Shown piece after piece: positions 58,519 to 64,000 of a stretch of DNA of 64,000 bases. Under the pieces are notes generated by a model. It saw only the letters and a list, made by a program, of their open reading frames with translations, was not told where the DNA came from and searched no databases. A program made the translations under genes and the position numbers. How positions within the stretch are numbered: the first letter of the stretch is position 1; every line of letters starts with the position of its first letter. Origin of the DNA: Spongiibacteraceae bacterium (GTDB taxonomy: Bacteria; Pseudomonadota; Gammaproteobacteria; Pseudomonadales; CAMLJR01); contig JASGHU010000001.1 in assembly GCA_047602265.1 (NCBI GenBank), positions 1,154,346 through 1,218,345 on the forward strand. The letters are read 5' to 3'.

Positions 58519-58654
58519 GTTGTGAGTAACGGAGGGTGTGTGTGGACGCTAACTCGGCAGCCCCTGACGGCGCGGGCAGTGTTACCGCAATCCGAAAAGG
58601 GGCCGACGTTAAACAAAAAATTTATATGATTATCAACTTATTATTCGTGCGAAC

Positions 58655-59560
58655 TCATTGAGTCAGCAGAAACTCCATCAGGGCTTTTTGCGAGTGCAGC
58701 CGGTTCTCGGCCTCGTCCCAAATTACGCTGTGGACATCTTCCATGAGGTCGGCGCTGATCTCTTCCTCGCGGTGCGCGGGCAGGCAATGCATATAGAGGG
58801 CATCGCTCGCGGCCACGGCCAACAACTCGCGGTTGAGTTGATAGCCGGCAAAGGCGCGGCGGCGCTCGTTGATTTCGTGCTCATGCCCCATCGACGCCCA
58901 CACATCGGTGGCGAGGAGGTGAGCGCCTTTGGCTGCTTCCTTAGGGTCGCGCAGGACGGCGACGCGATCGCGGTTGCCGTTGACGAGATCCTCGCGCGGC
59001 TCGAATCCCTGCGGACAGGCGATGCGCAACTCGAAGTCGAATTGGCGCGCTGCCTGAATATAGGATTGGCACATGTTGTTGCCGTCGCCGATCCAGGCCA
59101 CGGTTTTGCCCTGGATGCTGCCGCGGTGCTCGATGAACGTTTGCACGTCGGCGAGCACCTGGCACGGGTGGAAATCGTCGGTCAGTGCATTGATGACGGG
59201 TACCGACGAAAACTGTGCGAAGCGCTCTATACGGCTATGGCCAAAGGTGCGGATCATGATGATATCGACCATTGCCGACATCACGCGTGCGCTGTCTTCG
59301 ATCGGCTCGCCGCGCCCGAGTTGGGTATCTTTCGGCGCCAAAAACATCGCGTGGCCGCCCATCTGGGCCATGCCGGCCTCGAATGAGACGCGTGTGCGCG
59401 TAGAGGACTTCTCGAAAATCATGCCTAGCACATGGTTTTTGAAGCGATCGGTGTATTGGCGTTGGCGGTGCTCTTGCTTGAAGGCGGCGGCGCGTTGCAA
59501 TACGTGGTGCAGTTCGGCTGGCGTTAAATCCAGCAGGGTCAGGAAATGTCTAACAGCCAT
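58655..59560 (-). CDS. argF: Ornithine carbamoyltransferase
   Basis: OTCase motifs are present ([32 protein letters not shown]). Confidence 0.9.
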   Translation of the reverse strand: MAVRHFLTLLDLTPAELHHVLQRAAAFKQEHRQRQYTDRFKNHVLGMIFEKSSTRTRVSFEAGMAQMGGHAMFLAPKDTQLGRGEPIEDSARVMSAMVDIIMIRTFGHSRIERFAQFSSVPVINALTDDFHPCQVLADVQTFIEHRGSIQGKTVAWIGDGNNMCQSYIQAARQFDFELRIACPQGFEPREDLVNGNRDRVAVLRDPKEAAKGAHLLATDVWASMGHEHEINERRRAFAGYQLNRELLAVAASDALYMHCLPAHREEEISADLMEDVHSVIWDEAENRLHSQKALMEFLLTQ

Positions 59561-59612
59561 GATGGCGGTGCGGCCAGGCTCGGCGGCGCAACCCTCCTCG
59601 TTGGTGGATGAA

Positions 59613-60818
59613 TTACGAACCCGCGTTCGCGCGCTTTTCGGAAAGAAAGTCGGCGATCAGCGGACACAGAATGTCGAGCAGTTGCTCGCTGTTTTCCTGT
59701 TGCCAGATCAGGGGCGGCAGCAGGCGGATAACTTTGTCGGCGGTCACATTGATAAGCAAGCCCTTGGCCAGTGCGGCTTTGACGATATCGCCGCAGGAGC
59801 GGTCCAGCTCGATACCCAGCATCAGGCCGGCGCCGCGCACGGCGACCACGCCATCGATGCCTTCCAGGCGCTGGCGCAGCTGAGTAAGCAAGTACTCACC
59901 CTGCTGGGCGGCATTGGCACAGAGGCCTTGCGCTTCAATCGCATTGACCACGGCAAGGCCGGCCGCGCAGGCGAGCGGATTGCCGCCAAACGTGGAACCG
60001 TGATTGCCGGGGTGGAACAGTTCGGCAGCGACGCCGTGCGCGAGGCAGGCGCCAATCGGCACGCCTCCGCCCAGGCCTTTGGCGGTGGTGACGACATCGG
60101 GAAGGATGCCCTCGCGCTGGTAGGCGAAGAAGGTGCCGGTGCGGCCATTGCCGGTTTGCACTTCGTCGAGCATCAACAGCCAGCCGCGCTCGTCGCAGAG
60201 CTGCCGCAATTGTTTGAGGAAGCCTGCCGGCGGGATGTTGATGCCGCCTTCGCCTTGGACTGGCTCGATGAGCACGGCGACGACATCGGGATTGTTGCGA
60301 CCGATGGTCTGCAGCGCTTCGATATCGGCGAACGGCGCGCGCGTAAAACCGGCAACGAGCGGTTCGAAGCCTGCCTGAATCTTGCGGTTGCCCGACGCCG
60401 TCAGCGTCGCCATGGTGCGGCCGTGAAACGACTGCTCGGTGACGATGATGGTCGGCTTGTCGATGTTCTTCTGATGCCCGTAAAGGCGTGCGAGTTTGAT
60501 TGCGGCCTCGTTGGCTTCGGCGCCCGAGTTGCAGAAAAACACATTGTCCATACCCGATGCGGCGCGCAGCGCTTCGCCCAGCTCGGTCTGGCGCTGAATC
60601 GAATAGATATTGGAGGTATGAATGAGCTTCGCGGCTTGTTGCTGTATTGCCTGAACCAGTTTGGGATGGCCGTGTCCGAGTGCATTCACGGCGACGCCGC
60701 TAAGCGCGTCGAGATAGCGTTTGCCTTCAGTATCGAATAGCCAGACCCCCTCGCCGTGATCGAAGGTCACGGGCAGGCGGCCATAGGTGTGCATCAACGC
60801 AGGTTGCGTCATGGTCAT
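59613..60818 (-). CDS. argD: Acetylornithine (or succinylornithine) aminotransferase, class III PLP enzyme
   Basis: The start is at [37 protein letters not shown]. Motifs include LDEVQTG.GRTG and TTAKGLGGG. The ORF-track extension to 61103 lacks homology-like sequence and contains a terminator hairpin. Confidence 0.85.
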   Translation of the reverse strand: MTMTQPALMHTYGRLPVTFDHGEGVWLFDTEGKRYLDALSGVAVNALGHGHPKLVQAIQQQAAKLIHTSNIYSIQRQTELGEALRAASGMDNVFFCNSGAEANEAAIKLARLYGHQKNIDKPTIIVTEQSFHGRTMATLTASGNRKIQAGFEPLVAGFTRAPFADIEALQTIGRNNPDVVAVLIEPVQGEGGINIPPAGFLKQLRQLCDERGWLLMLDEVQTGNGRTGTFFAYQREGILPDVVTTAKGLGGGVPIGACLAHGVAAELFHPGNHGSTFGGNPLACAAGLAVVNAIEAQGLCANAAQQGEYLLTQLRQRLEGIDGVVAVRGAGLMLGIELDRSCGDIVKAALAKGLLINVTADKVIRLLPPLIWQQENSEQLLDILCPLIADFLSEKRANAGS

Positions 60819-60840
60819 GCCGGTCTCAAACAAATTGCGG

Positions 60841-60874
60841 GGAATAAAACGCAAAAAGGCAGCTAAGAGCTGCC
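60841..60874 (-). terminator. Intrinsic-terminator-like hairpin (GGCAGCT CTT AGCTGCC + TTTTTGCGTTTTATT on the minus strand), 25 nt upstream of the argD start
   Basis: Read directly from the sequence: a 7-bp GC-rich stem, a 3-nt loop and an interrupted U-tract. Its function is unknown (attenuator or the 3' end of an unannotated RNA). Confidence 0.6.
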
Positions 60875-61077
60875 GGAAAGAGGCCAATACTAGCCGTTTA
60901 TGGAGGTGGCAGCAATCGTGGCGAGCGCTAAACATGGCGCTAAGCCCGACTGCCAAACTCGGAATTAGGCTTGAATCGGTGTAGAATTCCCCCACCTCTT
61001 TTGAAGTTATCGGGCCGTTTATTTTCAGCGGCGTGCTCGTTGGGCAAATCTTTAGGTTGTTGATTCGGGAGTGCTGT

Positions 61078-61410
61078 ATGGAAGACGTTTTTGCGGTTAT
61101 CAAAGATCAAATCAGTTCGAATCCAATTCTTCTGTATATGAAGGGCTCGCCCAATCAGCCGCAGTGCGGTTTTTCCGCGCGCACCTCACAGGCTTTGATG
61201 GCGTGCGGCGAGCGTTTTGCATTTGTCGATGTGCTCTCCAATCCGGAGATTCGCGCCAATTTACCGAAGTATGCCAACTGGCCAACCTTTCCGCAGTTGT
61301 GGGTTAACGGTGAATTGATTGGCGGTTGCGATATCGTTTGCGAAATGCATGCGAATGGCGAGTTGCAGCCGTTGATAAAAGATGCGGCCAGCAAAGCAGC
61401 GGCACAATAA
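61078..61410 (+). CDS. grxD: Grx4-family monothiol glutaredoxin
   Basis: The CGFS active site is present (LYMKGSPNQPQCGFS), with WPTFPQLWVNGELIGGCDI. ATG at 61078 has a GGGAG RBS. Confidence 0.92.
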   Translation: MEDVFAVIKDQISSNPILLYMKGSPNQPQCGFSARTSQALMACGERFAFVDVLSNPEIRANLPKYANWPTFPQLWVNGELIGGCDIVCEMHANGELQPLIKDAASKAAAQ

Positions 61411-61412
61411 AT

Positions 61413-63950
61413 TCAATAATTGGCATTGCCCATCGGCGGATGCTGATATTGCTGTAACGCTTGTGTCAGCGTCGCGAGCGTGACCGGTTTGCTGAGATAG
61501 CGATCCATACCGGCCTCCAGGCATTTCGCCTGTTGCTCGCGAAATGCGTGCGCGGTCAGCGCAATAATCGGTATCGCTGTCGTCCCTTGTTTATGCTCGA
61601 AGGCGCGAATTGCGCGTGTCGCGCCGAATCCATCGAGCACCGGCATTTCACAGTCCATCAAAATCACATCGAAACGCTGCGGCGATTTGCAATACGCGGC
61701 GAGCACCGCTTCGCCATTTTCGCAGAACGTGCTGCGATGCCCCAATTGCTTCAGCATCGATTTCAATACCGCAATATTCACGATGTTGTCTTCGGCGACC
61801 AAGACGTTGAGCGGTTGCGCAAATTCGATCACGTTATCGGTATGTTCATGAGTGCTCGCGCCGGTATTGGCGCTGCGCAAAATGGCGTGAAGTCGACTGA
61901 CGCTGCAGGGCTTCGCACCGCAATACAAAATATTGCTACACGCTTCTACCGGTTGATTGTGCGAATACAGCGCGATGGGGATTTGCGAAAAGTTTTGCTC
62001 GCGCGCTAAACGCATAACGAATTCGGCATCGTGCTCTGCGATTGGCAGCATATCGATAATGATGAGATCGGGCGGTGCTGCCAGATGCGCTTCGAGCCAC
62101 GACCACGCGAGTTGCGTATTGCTTGCTGTAGTTGCGTGCATGCCGAGCGCGGTGATGTGCTCGAGCGACGACTGGCGCGCGGGCTCGGAGTTGGCGACGA
62201 CCAGCGCATGCCAGTCGCGGAATGATTCGATATCGAGCACGGCATTCGCTTTAAATGGCAGCGAAACCTCAAACCAAAATGTGCTGCCTTGACCGCGTTC
62301 GCTGTCGACACCGATGGTGCCGCCCATCATCGTGATCAATTGTTTGCAGATGCTGAGACCTAGTCCGGTGCCGCCGTAGCGACGACTGGTCCAATCGGTG
62401 GCGCGCGTATACGCATCGAACACCCCAGCCTGGCTGTCGCGATCGATGCCGATACCGGTGTCGGCAATTTCAAAACGCAGGCGCGCCTGTCCATCGTGTT
62501 GATTCAGGCAGCTAGCGCGCAAGGTTACAGTTCCGCGTTCCGTAAACTTCAACGCGTTCGATAACAGATTGTTGAGGATTTGCCGCAGTCGAGTCGGATC
62601 GCCGATCACCTGCTCCGGGACGTTAGCGGCCATCGATACATCGAAACCGACACCGCGATTGAAAAATGGCAGGCGATAAATATCGACGACATCGCTGAGC
62701 AGTTGCGCCAAATCGAAATCGATATTTTCCAGGCGCATGCGATTGGCTTCGATCTTGGAAATATCGAGCACGTCGTTGATCACTTCAAGCAGGGTGTGAC
62801 CTGCGGTGGCCACCGTTTTTGCGTAACTGCGTTGTTCGTCGTTGAGCTCGGTGTGCTCAAGTAATTCGGTCATGCCCAGAATGCCATTCAGCGGCGTGCG
62901 AATTTCATGGCTCATCACCGCGAGAAATTCACTTTTCGCTTTGCTTTTTGCCGCAGCCAGGCTGGCCATTAAATGTGAGCGCAGCACGATATAGGTGACT
63001 AACGAAATAATAATGCTGAATGCGACGGTGCCGACGAATATCAAAATATCCTCTTGGCCGACATACAGCGGCCCGTGCAGTTGCATCTGAAACGTTTGAC
63101 TGCCCGCGTTCACCGAGCGGGTATAGCTGCCGTCAGAGATGGCCCACAACGAAGATGGCGCTTTCTGTTCGGATGTGAAGTCGATCGTAGAGTGATCGCC
63201 GAGACGAATCTGCAGTTGACTGCCGCGGCTCAGCGCATTGCTGCCGAGTAATTGGCTTTTGTCGACGATGATGGCGACGAGTCCCGTCACTTGATTGAGC
63301 GAGTTCGCGATATGGTTCTTTTGATAAACGGGGGCGACCAGAGCCAAGCCGTCATCGACATGAAATACCGAAAACTCCGTGGGTGTTGCTAATACCTTGT
63401 CGTCGCCAAAGCTTTCGTTGAGCGCATCGCGCCACATGTTGAGGAGATCGAGACCGATGAGTTCGCGCTCGCTTGCATGCGGTGTCTGTAAATAGCGCAA
63501 GGGGAAATAATGGTCGCGTGCGGGACTGTTTTGCAGCGATTGTCGATCGCGTGTCGTGATGCTGCCGCCGTAATTATCTTTCAGTAATTGCTCTTCGAAT
63601 GCAGCGCGTCCGGCGGCTTCAATATGCGGGGCATACAAGGCGGCAATCGCATAGTCGAAGTTCTTTAGCATTGCGCCAGAAAAAATTGCAAACTCTTCCG
63701 GACTCACATATTCCGAAGCATCGTAAAACGCGCGCAAGCTGCGCGATAGAGCGATACCGGTAGAGAGGCGGGTAGTGACGCTGTTTGCCAGTCGCGATGC
63801 GTTTTCGATGAATTGGTGCTGCTGGCGATCGATGATGCGCGCCGCCGCAAACGATCCAAGCAGTAGCGTGAGAACGCAACCTGCAGCGAAACAATACAGC
63901 CGCAAATCGCGCAAGGGTGACGGCGGGTCTTGTTCGCTGGTCGATGTCAT
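61413..63950 (-). CDS. Hybrid sensor histidine kinase: CHASE periplasmic domain, HisKA, HATPase, degenerate receiver-like region, receiver
   Basis: A CHASE-like block lies between two TM helices. The H-box reads [18 protein letters not shown] boxes are present ([27 protein letters not shown]). The C-terminal receiver reads VLVAEDN..N and [14 protein letters not shown]. The gene is convergent with grxD with a 2-nt gap. Confidence 0.85.
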   Translation of the reverse strand: MTSTSEQDPPSPLRDLRLYCFAAGCVLTLLLGSFAAARIIDRQQHQFIENASRLANSVTTRLSTGIALSRSLRAFYDASEYVSPEEFAIFSGAMLKNFDYAIAALYAPHIEAAGRAAFEEQLLKDNYGGSITTRDRQSLQNSPARDHYFPLRYLQTPHASERELIGLDLLNMWRDALNESFGDDKVLATPTEFSVFHVDDGLALVAPVYQKNHIANSLNQVTGLVAIIVDKSQLLGSNALSRGSQLQIRLGDHSTIDFTSEQKAPSSLWAISDGSYTRSVNAGSQTFQMQLHGPLYVGQEDILIFVGTVAFSIIISLVTYIVLRSHLMASLAAAKSKAKSEFLAVMSHEIRTPLNGILGMTELLEHTELNDEQRSYAKTVATAGHTLLEVINDVLDISKIEANRMRLENIDFDLAQLLSDVVDIYRLPFFNRGVGFDVSMAANVPEQVIGDPTRLRQILNNLLSNALKFTERGTVTLRASCLNQHDGQARLRFEIADTGIGIDRDSQAGVFDAYTRATDWTSRRYGGTGLGLSICKQLITMMGGTIGVDSERGQGSTFWFEVSLPFKANAVLDIESFRDWHALVVANSEPARQSSLEHITALGMHATTASNTQLAWSWLEAHLAAPPDLIIIDMLPIAEHDAEFVMRLAREQNFSQIPIALYSHNQPVEACSNILYCGAKPCSVSRLHAILRSANTGASTHEHTDNVIEFAQPLNVLVAEDNIVNIAVLKSMLKQLGHRSTFCENGEAVLAAYCKSPQRFDVILMDCEMPVLDGFGATRAIRAFEHKQGTTAIPIIALTAHAFREQQAKCLEAGMDRYLSKPVTLATLTQALQQYQHPPMGNANY

Positions 63951-64000
63951 AGAAATCTTCCGTGAAAATCACGTGCGTTCGAGTATGCGTGCCGTTGCAG

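Noticed and set aside
59073-60740. A 555-aa ORF on the plus strand spanning the argF/argD region
   Set aside because: It is antisense to two genes with unmistakable OTCase and aminotransferase motifs. The product is low-complexity and Ala/Arg/Gly-rich, as is typical of shadow ORFs in GC-rich coding DNA.
60875-61000. Plus-strand GGA-rich structured segment considered as an RsmY/RsmZ/CsrB-type sponge RNA
   Set aside because: There are only about three GGA motifs. No GacA-type upstream activating palindrome (TGTAAG…CTTACA) is present. There is no compact GC-rich terminator on that strand. The evidence is insufficient, so it is kept only as an alternative in the argD-upstream finding.
60819-61103. 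A 95-codon N-terminal extension of the argD ORF (track start 61103)
   Set aside because: The extension has no aminotransferase-like sequence, it contains an intrinsic terminator hairpin, and it overlaps the divergent grxD start. ArgD homologues begin close to the [12 protein letters not shown] motif.

Overview
This is a 64-kb chromosomal window from what looks like a gammaproteobacterium. The gene content is Pseudomonas-like: tolC next to yqiB-cpdA-yqiA-parE, waaA, nrdAB with a two-ATP-cone NrdA and an N-extended NrdB, argD-argF, grxD, a marR-emrA-emrB operon, fimV and cti. I call about 50 protein genes. I found no rRNA, tRNA, CRISPR array, transposase or integrase by eye. All calls rest on reading the translated ORFs and the DNA; no database search was possible.

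The stand-out region is 1.2-11.8 kb. It is a divergent, tightly coupled 7-gene cluster encoding:
- a membrane-anchored ferredoxin/flavoprotein
- a Sel1+ankyrin lipoprotein
- a CcmI/NrfG-like TPR protein
- a His-rich 5-TM protein
- a 21-heme polymer of c7-type triheme modules
- a 22(+1)-heme cytochrome built from ten tandem di-heme units
- an AMIN / (Thr-Pro)12 linker / beta-barrel outer-membrane protein

I read this as a candidate cytoplasm-to-surface electron conduit of the porin-cytochrome type. Its inner-membrane and outer-membrane parts do not resemble the described Mtr, Pcc or Ext components.

Other themes:
- Five GGDEF/EAL signalling proteins lie within 25 kb. One is an AdrA-like cyclase inserted into the cpdA-yqiA synteny.
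- There is an AT-richer two-lipoprotein islet.
- A VPLPA-CTERM sorting-signal protein has no exosortase in the window.
- A REP-like palindrome is present.
- A DnaA box and tandem NrdR-like boxes lie upstream of nrdA.
- An orphan intrinsic terminator sits 25 nt upstream of argD.
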